A stretch of DNA of 64,000 nucleotides from Saccharolobus solfataricus P2. Its GTDB lineage: Archaea > Thermoproteota > Thermoprotei_A > Sulfolobales > Sulfolobaceae. Positions 1 through 10,201 of this stretch are shown one piece after another (position 1 is the first letter of the stretch; each line of letters begins with the position of its first letter). A program made the translations under genes and the position numbers. The notes under the pieces were generated by a model that was given only the letters and a program-made list of their open reading frames with translations, was not told where the DNA came from and did not search any database. The stretch is taken from NCBI RefSeq assembly GCF_000007005.1, contig NC_002754.1. One strand, 5' to 3'.

Positions 1-80
1 CTAACAAAGCAGTTTGCAATGTAAAATTTTAATATAAAAATTTTTAAGGTATAGCTCACATTCTAAACTAGGTAATTAGT

Positions 81-1055
81 ATGGCTAGGGGAATACCAAT
101 TATCAAGCGTGATGACCTTATATTTGCTATTAAACTCTTAAGAAGGATGAGAGATCCAAAAACTAGGTTTGATGAGAAAGAATTTATGAAAAGTGGAAGA
201 GATTATTTGTACAACTACGCTGAGAAAAATGTAGGTCCCCTTGATCCTAGCAGAAGAGCTTTCCTAAAAGGTATACTCATAGGTATAGGAGCCGCAGCAG
301 TATTAAGTGCAATTCCAGTCATTTCATATCTCAATCAACCAGAAATAAGTTTGAAACAATTTCCTTGGGTAATTATAGTCGACTCCAGTGGCAATCCAAT
401 TAAAGCTTCACAAATTCCCGTGAATGACCCAGAGATATTATTGTTCGAATATCCAATGCAAGGCGATATAACCTTCATCTTAAACTTAGGTGATGAGAAC
501 GATAATCCTATAAAAGTTCCTCCGACTACTGTTGTTATTCCGGAAAATGGTAAGACTTATACTTTTCCTGGTGGGGTTGGACCCAATAACTCAATAGTAG
601 CTTTTTCAGCAATTTGCCAACATTTAGGTTGTACTCCACCTGAAATACACTTCTATCCTCCTAAGTATATGAAAGTTGGTTTGCCTACTCCCAATTTTTT
701 ACCACAAGTTGCACTTCAAGCAGCCCAACAAGCCAATGCCCCTGGAGTTATACACTGTGACTGTCACGGATCTACTTATGATCCTTATCATGGTGCCTCA
801 GTCCTTACTGGACCCACAGTTAGACCGTTACCGTACGTACAGTTGTATTGGGATTCTAATACTGATTACTTGTACGCAATAGGTATGAACTTAAATGCTC
901 CCACGATATTAGGACGTACTAACGATCTTTCAGGGTATGCGTATCTATCTTCATATGATGAATCAACTGGCTGTCCAAAAATGCTATTACAATCTGGTCA
1001 AACACCTAGTAATTGCTACACTGAGCTTGAGAGCGCTGGAAACACCTACCAATGA
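81..1055 (+). CDS. soxL: Rieske iron-sulfur protein SoxL of the SoxABCD-L quinol oxidase cluster
   Basis: Rieske boxes CQHLGC and CDCHGS separated by a long insertion typical of Sulfolobales SoxL; Tat-like SRRAFLK followed by a TM helix. Confidence 0.88.
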   Translation: MARGIPIIKRDDLIFAIKLLRRMRDPKTRFDEKEFMKSGRDYLYNYAEKNVGPLDPSRRAFLKGILIGIGAAAVLSAIPVISYLNQPEISLKQFPWVIIVDSSGNPIKASQIPVNDPEILLFEYPMQGDITFILNLGDENDNPIKVPPTTVVIPENGKTYTFPGGVGPNNSIVAFSAICQHLGCTPPEIHFYPPKYMKVGLPTPNFLPQVALQAAQQANAPGVIHCDCHGSTYDPYHGASVLTGPTVRPLPYVQLYWDSNTDYLYAIGMNLNAPTILGRTNDLSGYAYLSSYDESTGCPKMLLQSGQTPSNCYTELESAGNTYQ

Positions 1056-1065
1056 GGTGACAAGT

Positions 1066-1497
1066 TTGGGAGCTATAGAAATGATGTATGAGAAATATAT
1101 CCAGATGAGCAAGATGATGTCTAGAATGAACTATATGCCGGCTATCGCTGCTGGTGAGATAACAATATTACTAATCCTTTACGCTGGGGGTATGCTACTT
1201 GCTGTGTATAATCTTTCTCTTCAAGGAGTGCCTTTAATAATGCACTTATACGGTGCAATTCTCGTTGCGATATTAAGTGTAGGTTTACTTGCTTCGGCAG
1301 TAAGTTATAAGGATAAGGGCGCAATTATGCTCTCATTTTTAAATGTTCTCTCGGTTCTTTTAGCAGCCTTTGCTGGGTCGTTTTATTTTGGAGGTGTAAT
1401 AGACGTGAGCTATTTGCTCGAAATGGGAATGGGTTTTGTATTTGCACTTATAACCGCTTCTGGCTGTTTAGTATATAGTATTAGAAGAGGTGAGTAG
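1066..1497 (+). CDS. 4-TM membrane protein, co-transcribed with soxL
   Basis: ORF 937..1497 trimmed to the in-frame TTG at 1066, which follows SD GAGGTGA (1054-1060) overlapping the soxL stop; four hydrophobic helices. Confidence 0.7.
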   Translation: MGAIEMMYEKYIQMSKMMSRMNYMPAIAAGEITILLILYAGGMLLAVYNLSLQGVPLIMHLYGAILVAILSVGLLASAVSYKDKGAIMLSFLNVLSVLLAAFAGSFYFGGVIDVSYLLEMGMGFVFALITASGCLVYSIRRGE

Positions 1498-1900
1498 ATT
1501 GGCAGTTTCACAATCTAGAATAAGACCAAGTAGGTTGATGTTATATATATCACTAACTGAAACTATACTTTTAGCTGGATTATTTTATGCAGGATTAGCC
1601 ACACTATTTTACGATAAATTCCCACTAAATGCCTACTCGGAAGCTTTGATATTATCAAGTCATATAACACTTGCCATGCTTGTAGGGTTTTTTGGGTCTG
1701 CTATGCTTGCTCAGTCTGTTAGAGAAGGTATAAGATCAGTATATCTATTTTCTTTACTAAATTTATTGTTTATAGGCATAGCAGCTGCCGGTGGATTAGC
1801 TTTTTATGGCTTGTTAATTCCAGACTATGCATACTTAATGGCACTAGGGTTCTTCGGCTCCCTATTTTGTACATCGTCGGTTTTATTTTACGCAATTTAA
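1490..1900 (+). CDS. 4-TM membrane protein, paralog of the upstream gene
   Basis: GTG start overlapping the upstream stop; aligns by eye with 1066..1497 (E..TILL..YAG, H, S.LN.L, AA..G..F.G, Y..M..GF). Confidence 0.75.
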   Translation: MSRLAVSQSRIRPSRLMLYISLTETILLAGLFYAGLATLFYDKFPLNAYSEALILSSHITLAMLVGFFGSAMLAQSVREGIRSVYLFSLLNLLFIGIAAAGGLAFYGLLIPDYAYLMALGFFGSLFCTSSVLFYAI

Positions 1901-1908
1901 ATTTTTTT
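1901..1908 (+). terminator. oligo-T terminator candidate of the soxL operon
   Basis: T7 run directly after the stop at 1900. Confidence 0.4.
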
Positions 1909-2008
1909 GACATTATCAATTTTTAAAATATTTGGCAGAAGCTCTTCGATATTCGGTAACAAATCCTACGGTAGAATTTTAAGTATCAGCTACCATTGCC
2001 TATATAGC

Positions 2009-2575
2009 TCATCCTATTATTCCTTTTATATATCTAGCTATGACATATCCTAGAAATACGTTCATCGCTATGAACATAGCTACTCCAGCAATTGGGAGAG
2101 TTGATGGAGAATATGGAGAGAACTTATATACAATATTTGAATATAGGGGGCTCGACACTATAAATATAATTGCGAGTGCACTATCCCCTAACATCCAAAG
2201 TGCAAATAATGTAACTTTTAGGTAAAACTTCACGTATCTGATGGAGGAACCGACAAGGATTCCACCAGTAAGAAGCGTTATTTCTAGAATTGCTCTATAT
2301 GTTATGAAAGCAGCTCCTATTGCAAAAAAATATGGTAAGTGCCAAAGGATAGGTGGTATTAACCCAAGGATTAGGGAAATTATATCCCCCTTAAAGTACT
2401 TATAACCAACAAATATTCCAGAGAAGTAAACGAGATAATGAGATATCATATAAATTGCCGGAGAATAAAATTCAAGACCTTCTGTGAAAGGATTAACAGC
2501 AATTGCAAGAAGGACTATTGGAAGAACTAATGGTCTAAATGTGATTTTTTCGTCCTTGACTAAACTTAATATCAT
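2009..2575 (-). CDS. DUF1404 / CtaG-like membrane protein (possible oxidase assembly factor)
   Basis: 5-6 TM; SHY..Y..G and LWHLP motifs resembling the CtaG/DUF1404 family; next to oxidase genes. Confidence 0.6.
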   Translation of the reverse strand: MILSLVKDEKITFRPLVLPIVLLAIAVNPFTEGLEFYSPAIYMISHYLVYFSGIFVGYKYFKGDIISLILGLIPPILWHLPYFFAIGAAFITYRAILEITLLTGGILVGSSIRYVKFYLKVTLFALWMLGDSALAIIFIVSSPLYSNIVYKFSPYSPSTLPIAGVAMFIAMNVFLGYVIARYIKGIIG

Positions 2576-2870
2576 ATTATAAAATATCGTAATCGGTTTA
2601 AGAACTTTTATGAGATCGTGTAAGTTTTAACTTAGTTGTGTTAAATACTATTAAAAACTTTTAAAACTAGTTGTGAATTCAAATAATTGTTTTCGCCCAT
2701 ATTAAAGAAGTGCAATAATTATACCTGATATTGTAGGCATATATTAGGTCCTTGAAATTGTGAAATAAATTATCCATTTACTTATAGATAAGTACTCATA
2801 GCTATTGAAAACTATATAATAGCATAAAATATCTAAAAATTTATTTATTTAGGTTTAAGATAATTCATGT

Positions 2871-3629
2871 ATGATAAAGCTAGATCTGAGCGGAAAAGTC
2901 TGCCTCATAACTGGTGGGACTTCTGGCATAGGTCTAAAGACTGCAGAACTCTTTAGCAAATTGGGCGCAAATGTCTACGTTATAGGTAGGAGAGAAGCTA
3001 ACTTTCTATCTAAAAACATATATTTTAAAAAAGTTGATTTAACACGGAGAGAAGATGTTCTCTCATTTATTGAATGGTATGAGAAAAACGTGGGGACAAT
3101 CCATGTATTGATAAATAACGCGTCTCAAAATTCAAGATATTCAGTGCTTGATATCCCAATAAAGGAGTGGGATGAGATGATAAGTCTGAACTTAACTGCA
3201 CCTTTTCTCTTATCAAGAATGGCTGCAAAGTTGATGATTAAAAGAGGTATTAAGGGAAAAATAATTAATATCTCAGCAATCCAATCGAAGTTTCCATTAG
3301 AGAGATCCTTCGCCTATGTTACTACTAAAGGAGGATTAATATCTATGGGAAGGAGTCTTGCGGTGGATTTAGGAAAATACGGGATACAAGTAATTACTGT
3401 ATTACCTGGGCCAATTTATTCAAAAGATGACGAACCTCCAGCAAGTTTAGATAAGAGAGCAGCTACTCTGTTGGGAAGAATGGGAAGGATGATCGAAATA
3501 TCCCATTTATTAGCCTTTTTAGCTTCAGATTTGAATAGCTTCATCACCGGAACGGAAATTATAATTGATGGAGGTAGAATAATAAGCAGAAAACCGGATC
3601 CAGAAGAAATTACCAAGGGCGAGATATAA
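2871..3629 (+). CDS. short-chain dehydrogenase/reductase (SDR)
   Basis: TGGTSGIG Rossmann motif, NNAS, catalytic S...YVTTK. Confidence 0.92.
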   Translation: MIKLDLSGKVCLITGGTSGIGLKTAELFSKLGANVYVIGRREANFLSKNIYFKKVDLTRREDVLSFIEWYEKNVGTIHVLINNASQNSRYSVLDIPIKEWDEMISLNLTAPFLLSRMAAKLMIKRGIKGKIINISAIQSKFPLERSFAYVTTKGGLISMGRSLAVDLGKYGIQVITVLPGPIYSKDDEPPASLDKRAATLLGRMGRMIEISHLLAFLASDLNSFITGTEIIIDGGRIISRKPDPEEITKGEI

Positions 3630-4811
3630 CTAATAGTCTCTCCAAGTTCCTTTAACTACCCACACTGGTTCTTCTGGATTAAAGTACTCCTCACCTTTAA
3701 CCTTTAAACTATCTAACATTTTCTCATTTACTTCAACTCCTAAACCCGGTCTTTCCGGTATTATAGCGTATCCGTTATCTATTGGAGTACCATTATATAT
3801 TAGCTCCCTCTTCCAACTCGGGAACCAATCATAGAAAGACTCTTGTATTAAGAAGTTTGGTATAAATGCGTCAAACTGTAGTGTTACGGCGTTTAGTATT
3901 GGACCTTGAGCATTGTGAAAAGCCATCTGTACGTCAAAGGTCTCAGCAATCCCTACTACCTTCTTGGTCTCAGTAACTCCACCAATTCTGTATAGATCAG
4001 CTTGTAAGAAATCCACTAATCCCTCTTTCATAAAGTATAAGGCTTGCTGTTTATTAATTATCCTTTCACCTAACGCAATCCTTAAGCTCGTATTGTTCCT
4101 ATATTTTCTAAGTCCTTCCACATCCTCAGGATGAATTGGTTCTTCCATGAACAATGGATTATACTTCTCTAGTCTTTTCGCTATCATAATAGCCGAATTC
4201 GCATTAAACCTACCGTGATGCTCTATTAAAATATCCACGTTGTCTCCAACTGCCTCTCTAACAGCCTTTACTCTCTCCTCAGCTATATCTAGTCCTTTCT
4301 TTGAAATATCGTTAAAGTACGGACCAAATGGGTCAAATTTCAAAGCCTTATATCCCATTTTTACGATCTCCTTAGCTTTTTCCGCAAAGTCCTCTGGCTT
4401 CACGCAGTTTTGATACCAACCATTAGCGTAGACAAGTACTTTATCTCTTGTTTTTCCTCCAAGCAGCTTATATAATGGAGCACCTAACTCTTTTCCGATT
4501 ATGTCCCAAGAAGCTATATCTACTGCACTATAGGCTGTTGTAGACTCTAAGGAGATAGTCATATTGAAATCATGTTTATACCATTCTAGCCTGTTCTTTT
4601 CAACGTTAAACACGTCATTTCCTTTTAATACAGTATTTATCTTTTTTACAAAATTTGCCACAGCTTCTGCCCTTAAGGCACTTACAGTTTCTCCCCAGCC
4701 TACTCTACCATCGTTTGTGGTTACCCTTACCAGTACCATTAATGAAGCCCATTGAGCGCTTGTTACTTCCTTACCTAAAATGTACGCTTCGATTTCTGAA
4801 ATCTTTGTCAT
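3630..4811 (-). CDS. mandelate racemase/muconate lactonizing family acid-sugar dehydratase (gluconate/galactonate dehydratase-like)
   Basis: KFD, IEHHGR, EEP, GER, HN, QE motifs of the MR subgroup. Confidence 0.9.
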   Translation of the reverse strand: MTKISEIEAYILGKEVTSAQWASLMVLVRVTTNDGRVGWGETVSALRAEAVANFVKKINTVLKGNDVFNVEKNRLEWYKHDFNMTISLESTTAYSAVDIASWDIIGKELGAPLYKLLGGKTRDKVLVYANGWYQNCVKPEDFAEKAKEIVKMGYKALKFDPFGPYFNDISKKGLDIAEERVKAVREAVGDNVDILIEHHGRFNANSAIMIAKRLEKYNPLFMEEPIHPEDVEGLRKYRNNTSLRIALGERIINKQQALYFMKEGLVDFLQADLYRIGGVTETKKVVGIAETFDVQMAFHNAQGPILNAVTLQFDAFIPNFLIQESFYDWFPSWKRELIYNGTPIDNGYAIIPERPGLGVEVNEKMLDSLKVKGEEYFNPEEPVWVVKGTWRDY

Positions 4812-4874
4812 GTATGTAAGTAAAGGTTTGGAAAAATAAAGTTTTTATCGGCTACACAATAGGGTATATACTGT

Positions 4875-5348
4875 ATGAGAAGGAGGACAATTTTAGCAAT
4901 CTCAATTACAATACTAGCTATAGGCTTGATAGACGTACTTTTCACTTACCTTTACTCATCTCTAGTGGTATATAGTCTTAGAGATAATTTTTCCTTAGCT
5001 GAAGAAGGAGCACAAAGTTTTCCAATTTTGGTTAAACAAAATGATAAAATAATAATCGAAGGGAATTCTTCGAAACCTATTGATATTTATATTATAGGGA
5101 TCGTACCCCAAAAGGTTGCAAATAACGTGAGTTCGTTTAGTATATCATATGTTTCCCCAAATACTGGTGAGCTTTATATTCAATTTAGATCTCTTCCGTA
5201 TTCTAACTTAACTACCATTTCATTTACTATAAAAGTTTTCAACTCTTGGTTCTCGGGTATTGGCTATTTATCTTCAGCAATTATACTATTTGTTGGACTT
5301 ATACTTCTTGGTTACGCGGTTCAGTTAAAAGAGAGGCGAAGGAAATGA
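4875..5348 (+). CDS. hypothetical membrane protein (N- and C-terminal TM, small beta domain between)
   Basis: 157 aa ORF with TATA/BRE upstream; two hydrophobic anchors. Confidence 0.7.
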   Translation: MRRRTILAISITILAIGLIDVLFTYLYSSLVVYSLRDNFSLAEEGAQSFPILVKQNDKIIIEGNSSKPIDIYIIGIVPQKVANNVSSFSISYVSPNTGELYIQFRSLPYSNLTTISFTIKVFNSWFSGIGYLSSAIILFVGLILLGYAVQLKERRRK

Positions 5349-5854
5349 AACTGCTTCCATTTTATATGATTGGTAACAACATCTTTATAGACGCACATTT
5401 TCTTAGTAGTATATCGAAGCCTTATATTAGAATTTTATTAGTAAGGTCTAATCTTAAACTTGAACAAGAAGGAGAGAAATTAGAACCAATTCCACTGGAT
5501 CATGTCATCAAGTTACTAGAAGATGGCTATGTGGACCTAAAAAGTCTGAGCGAGAAGAAAGAAAGACTTGATTCTTTAGATTATTTATTATCTAGCTTAT
5601 ATAATCCAGGGTGGTATTTCAGAAAAAGGGAGGCGGAGATTACCTCATCTTCTCTTCTGAGAATATACGATTTAGCATACAAACTAGTGTTAAAAAAATT
5701 GCGTGATTTAAGTCGTGTTGACGTTGTATTTGTTTCAATATCATTCTCTAATGATTCCATTTTGATCAATGGTAAAGAAGATAGAATATACACTACACTC
5801 TTTAAATCCGATTCCAACTTTAAGAAAGCTATTTTAAATTCTTTATCTGGATAA
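5345..5854 (+). CDS. hypothetical protein
   Basis: ORF 5246..5854 trimmed to ATG 5345, which overlaps the upstream stop (ATGA coupling). Confidence 0.65.
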   Translation: MKLLPFYMIGNNIFIDAHFLSSISKPYIRILLVRSNLKLEQEGEKLEPIPLDHVIKLLEDGYVDLKSLSEKKERLDSLDYLLSSLYNPGWYFRKREAEITSSSLLRIYDLAYKLVLKKLRDLSRVDVVFVSISFSNDSILINGKEDRIYTTLFKSDSNFKKAILNSLSG

Positions 5855-5998
5855 TCGCATATACTATCATAAAGACTGATAGTATTAGTACAACTATCTG
5901 CGAAAATAAGGTGGTAGGACTCCTATAAATTAACAGTGAAAAAATGTCAAGGAGCAATAGCGTATAACCTATACTCATTAGGGTTCTATATGCTTCCA

Positions 5999-7000
5999 TT
6001 ATTCTTCACCTACTTTAGCTCTGGGATCTAGGAATGAATATGTTAGGTCTGCAATTAAATTACCCACAATTACTGCTACTATTATTATGATAAATACTCC
6101 CATTTCAGTGGGATAATCATTAGAGGTTATGGAGTTAATTAACAAGTTTCCTACTCCGGGATAGGAGAAGGTTTGCTCTACGAAAACCGATCCACTGAAT
6201 GAGAACCCTATTGATATGATTAAGCTAGTATATAGGGGTAGTATCGCATTCTTTCCGATATACTTCTTTTCTATTATATCTTTTTTAACTCCAGAGATTT
6301 CAGCAAAGTTGACGAAGTCTTCACCCAGTACATATATTGTATTTGCTCTCATCTGTAAGATCCACCCAACTAAATTAACTATTGTTAATGTAAGTATTGG
6401 TAAAAATGCATGGTATAATACGCTAGCTATGAAAGGAAGATTAAATCCCGGTGTTACATGAATACTATAGGCTCCACCTGTGGGGAATATATGATATATA
6501 AATGCAAGTATATAAATTAGTAATACGGCGTAAATGTAAATCGGTACTGATCTCAGTATTGATAAAGAAACAGTAGCTACGGAATCCGTCTTTGTTCCCC
6601 TTAGGTATCCTAGTTTTTGACCAAGTCTTATACCAAGGAAGAAACTTATTAGAATGGATGTTACTACAATGAATAATGTCCACGGTAAGGCAACTGCAAT
6701 TAGCTCAGCTACTGGTACATTGCTTATTATAGAGAAGCCAAGATTTCCATGTAATGTATTCCATATATAATTTACTGCATTGATCAAAGGGTTTCCATGC
6801 GGCCTAAGAGTGTTCAGATAATCTATGAGTGAAGCGTACAGTTCAGGTTTTTGAGCGAAATCTTGTGGATTTATGAATTGCATTATATAATTTGCAGGTG
6901 AATAAGGAGAAAATTCCAACAAGGCCCAGCTTATGACTATTGTAACAAATATTGCAATAATCACTGAAGCTAATCTTCTAATTAACCACTTATAGTTCAT
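5999..7000 (-). CDS. Opp/Dpp-type ABC permease (OppB-like)
   Basis: EAA-like loop FVNFAEISG, VEQTFSYPGVG motif, multi-TM. Confidence 0.92.
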   Translation of the reverse strand: MNYKWLIRRLASVIIAIFVTIVISWALLEFSPYSPANYIMQFINPQDFAQKPELYASLIDYLNTLRPHGNPLINAVNYIWNTLHGNLGFSIISNVPVAELIAVALPWTLFIVVTSILISFFLGIRLGQKLGYLRGTKTDSVATVSLSILRSVPIYIYAVLLIYILAFIYHIFPTGGAYSIHVTPGFNLPFIASVLYHAFLPILTLTIVNLVGWILQMRANTIYVLGEDFVNFAEISGVKKDIIEKKYIGKNAILPLYTSLIISIGFSFSGSVFVEQTFSYPGVGNLLINSITSNDYPTEMGVFIIIIVAVIVGNLIADLTYSFLDPRAKVGEE

Positions 7001-7097
7001 GCATTACTATTACTTTTTAATAAGATATAAGTGTTTCTGAGCTGTATCATTAGAGTTTTAACAAAGTTTATAAGCTAGACAATACAAAATAATATTT

Positions 7098-9179
7098 ATG
7101 AGGAAGGAATTAGTATTAGAAGTAGGTGTAATATTCTCGATATCTGTAATGCTCTTTTCAATCAGTGGTATAATGATAGCCAACTCAGCATCTTCACCAT
7201 TTCCGTCAACCCTTTACTTAGGATGGTATAATTCTAACGTCGAAGCTTATTCTTCATTTGCTACTTATAATCCCAATATATTTGCAGGAGGTTTAGGTGG
7301 ATCTTTTTACGGATTGCTCTATGCATACTCTGCAATAATTAATGTTAGTAATTCTCAAGCGATTCCCGTGATAATAACTTCATGGAACTTCTCTCCAGCA
7401 AACTGGCAGCAGATTTGGCAGACAAAACCGGTTAATGTGACGCTGATTATACGCAATGATTCTGGTTGGAGTAATGGGCAACCTCTCACTGCTTACGATC
7501 TTATGGCCACATGCCTAATTTTAGATATGTTTGGTGCTCCGCCATTTCCTAATTATACTGTTATTAATAATTACACGCTAGTTGAGACTTGGCCTCCAGA
7601 TACGTTATCACCGATATTGTTTACAGACACGCTAATTAATACGGTAGGCTTAGGGGAAGTTGCAATTATAATACCATACCAAGTTTGGAAGCCTATAATT
7701 AGTCAGATAATGGGCAATTGGACAACAATACAAAATACAAGCAATATGAAACTTGCGCAGCAGATTATTAAGAATATTAGGTCAGAAATCCTTCACTTTA
7801 GACCAAACCCTGCCACATATCCTTATAGTGGTCCGTTCTACCTATCACAGTTATCATCGAATGAAATAGTACTAAATAAGAATCCATATTATTATGACGC
7901 TAAATATATACCATTCAATCAAGTAATAATATATCAATACGGTCAGGCTGACTTAGCAGCAGCTGCAATAACGGGTGGTCAAGTTTCTATGGACTGGTCC
8001 GGTTTGACAGGATTATCACCAACGCAGCTAGAAAGTTTGCCGACCACACTTGAGGTAATTAATATACCTCAACCATTTGGCTGGGGTATAGCATTCAATC
8101 TGAAGAATCCATGGTTAAGAGAGTATCAAGTAAGGGCGGCAATTGCATATATTCTAAATAGGACTGCCATAGCTTCAGTGGGAGGTCCTTTAACAGCACC
8201 GGTTACTATTCCTAATGCAATACCCAATTTATCGTACTATTCATTCATGACATCTTCGCAATACTACTCATCTTTAAATCCGTATAATGTTAATTTAACA
8301 AAGGCAGCACAGCTGCTTAAGAGTGTAGGGTTTTACCAGAAGTCTGGAGTTTGGTATACTCCAAATGGTACACCGTTTACTTTAACAATAGGTGCTGGAA
8401 GTCCACCAACGCAAGCACTAGCAATGATGGAAGAAGTACAAAAAGAATTACAGCAATTTGGAATTAACGTACAATTACACATATATACTGTAGTTAGTCA
8501 GTGGCATCAAGCATGGCAAAATGGTACCGGCTATGATTTATGGTTTGAGAATTGGGGTAGTTCATACTCGCCGGGGACTGCACCATGGAGTTTGGTACTT
8601 TCTTATTTTGGAGGATATCCATGGAATGTTACACAGTGGAATGAGAATCTTACTTTACCTAATGGTACTATAATTGACTTCCATAAATTACTTGAGGAAA
8701 CCGAGTCTCCTAATACCACACAACAGTTAATACAAGCTAATCAAGAGTTATCATATTATATGAACCAATACTTACTTCCAATCTTACCTCTAGTTGAGAT
8801 CGAGAATTACGTCATTGTAAATCCCTCGCTACTTATTGCAGCTCCACCTGCTAATTCGTGGATATGGGAAGAGGCACAATACGGTATAGGTGGTACTGCT
8901 ATGGTACAAGCTCTAATAGATTATTGGTACGCCCCATTATATGAGAGCACTATAATTACTACAACTACGACTTCTATTTCTACTACTATAACTACAACAA
9001 CCACTTCCGCAACAACAGCTACCACGTCTGTAACTACGACTACGTCTGTAACTACGACTTCTATTTCTACTACTACAGTTACTGTGACTTCTACTTCAAC
9101 TATTCCAATTATAATAGCAATAGTTATAGTTATTATTGTTATAATTGCTGCTGTGGCAATATTAATGAGAAGGAGATAA
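7098..9179 (+). CDS. cbtA: Opp-family solute-binding protein (cellobiose/oligosaccharide-binding CbtA as recalled)
   Basis: SBP family 5 motifs (W.NGQPLTA.D, RAAIAYILNR); N-terminal signal, Thr-rich linker, C-terminal TM + RRR; symbol from recall of the S. solfataricus locus. Confidence 0.8.
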   Translation: MRKELVLEVGVIFSISVMLFSISGIMIANSASSPFPSTLYLGWYNSNVEAYSSFATYNPNIFAGGLGGSFYGLLYAYSAIINVSNSQAIPVIITSWNFSPANWQQIWQTKPVNVTLIIRNDSGWSNGQPLTAYDLMATCLILDMFGAPPFPNYTVINNYTLVETWPPDTLSPILFTDTLINTVGLGEVAIIIPYQVWKPIISQIMGNWTTIQNTSNMKLAQQIIKNIRSEILHFRPNPATYPYSGPFYLSQLSSNEIVLNKNPYYYDAKYIPFNQVIIYQYGQADLAAAAITGGQVSMDWSGLTGLSPTQLESLPTTLEVINIPQPFGWGIAFNLKNPWLREYQVRAAIAYILNRTAIASVGGPLTAPVTIPNAIPNLSYYSFMTSSQYYSSLNPYNVNLTKAAQLLKSVGFYQKSGVWYTPNGTPFTLTIGAGSPPTQALAMMEEVQKELQQFGINVQLHIYTVVSQWHQAWQNGTGYDLWFENWGSSYSPGTAPWSLVLSYFGGYPWNVTQWNENLTLPNGTIIDFHKLLEETESPNTTQQLIQANQELSYYMNQYLLPILPLVEIENYVIVNPSLLIAAPPANSWIWEEAQYGIGGTAMVQALIDYWYAPLYESTIITTTTTSISTTITTTTTSATTATTSVTTTTSVTTTSISTTTVTVTSTSTIPIIIAIVIVIIVIIAAVAILMRRR
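8951..9100 (+). repeat. low-complexity Thr/Ser linker-coding repeat (ACT/ACA/ACG codons)
   Basis: repeated gtaactacgact and tctatttctactact units encoding TTTTTSISTTITTTT... Confidence 0.85.
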
Positions 9180-9249
9180 AAGGGTGTAAGTATTTTTAAT
9201 GGGAAAAGGTAGTATAGTCTTTTTTAAAAATTTTTCTTCTTTTTTCCCT

Positions 9250-10122
9250 TTAATATCTTCTTATTCTTGGATTACTTATCTCATCAATTCCATAACTTAA
9301 TAGTATTAGACCACTCATAAAACCAGCAACTACTATTGTGGGGAAGGCTAGATAATATATTGCCTTACCACCTGCTGCGGCACCATATGAAAGAGCTTGT
9401 TGGATCATTGCTCCCCAATTGTTAGGATTATAGGGTAATACTCCTAAGTAGTATAATCCTACCTCTGCATATACCGCAGCTTCCACATTAAATATATAGT
9501 GTATCGCAATGTATGAACCTAGGGTTGGTACCACCTCCCTAAATATTATATATTTTCTAGACAGTCCTAATACCCTTAACACTTCCACGGCAGGAGAGTT
9601 TCTAATTACTAGAACTTGAGATCTTACTGCTCTAGCTAATCCAGCCCAACTAGTTATACTTAATATCAAGGAGAGGAAAATTGGATTACTAGTTTTAAAC
9701 GCGCTAACTATTATTATAATTAGTATCAAGCTAGGTAGAGTTAGGATAATATCAGTTATTCCCATGAGAATATTATCGATTATTCCACCCAGATATCCCG
9801 CAATTATACCTACAACTATTCCGATTAACGTTGCGAATAGTCCAGCCAAAAAACTTATTTCAATTACTGACTTGGCGCCTTGAATAATCTGTACTAATAT
9901 GCTTTCTGCAAATGGACCAGTTCCAAAGATAAGGTAAAAGTTTGATAGTTGAGGAGGCATAAATATTGTAGTAGGGCTAGGAGGTAAAGAGTATGTCTTA
10001 GGGAATATAATTTGCCCAAATATTGCAATTAAGATGTAAAATACGGTTATTATTAATCCTACTCTAGACTTTTTGTTATCCCATAATAGTCTCAGATACT
10101 CGAAAAACTTGCCTTGCACCAT
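9250..10122 (-). CDS. Opp/Dpp-type ABC permease (OppC-like)
   Basis: FGT...I..Q...GA, ARAVRSQVL and NWGAMI motifs. Confidence 0.92.
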   Translation of the reverse strand: MVQGKFFEYLRLLWDNKKSRVGLIITVFYILIAIFGQIIFPKTYSLPPSPTTIFMPPQLSNFYLIFGTGPFAESILVQIIQGAKSVIEISFLAGLFATLIGIVVGIIAGYLGGIIDNILMGITDIILTLPSLILIIIIVSAFKTSNPIFLSLILSITSWAGLARAVRSQVLVIRNSPAVEVLRVLGLSRKYIIFREVVPTLGSYIAIHYIFNVEAAVYAEVGLYYLGVLPYNPNNWGAMIQQALSYGAAAGGKAIYYLAFPTIVVAGFMSGLILLSYGIDEISNPRIRRY

Positions 10123-10201
10123 AAATATAAATTCACTTCACACTCTTTTATTTTCTCGGGAGGAAAAATCTATAAGCAATGGATATGAGTATAAATGTGT
10201 A

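Noticed and set aside
937-1065. Long N-terminal extension of the first membrane gene
   Set aside because: Overlaps soxL by more than 100 nt; a good SD and TTG start exist at 1054-1068
7059-7070. Ara-box-like AACAAAGTT upstream of the SBP
   Set aside because: Does not fit the 8-bp AMCWWGTT spacing; an AT-rich chance match is likely
8951-9100. Tandem repeat or CRISPR-like array
   Set aside because: Simply Thr/Ser linker codons in frame within the SBP; no repeat-spacer structure
10073-10201. Upstream extension of the OppD-like ATPase
   Set aside because: Overlaps the divergent permease start and promoter; homology begins at MILEV
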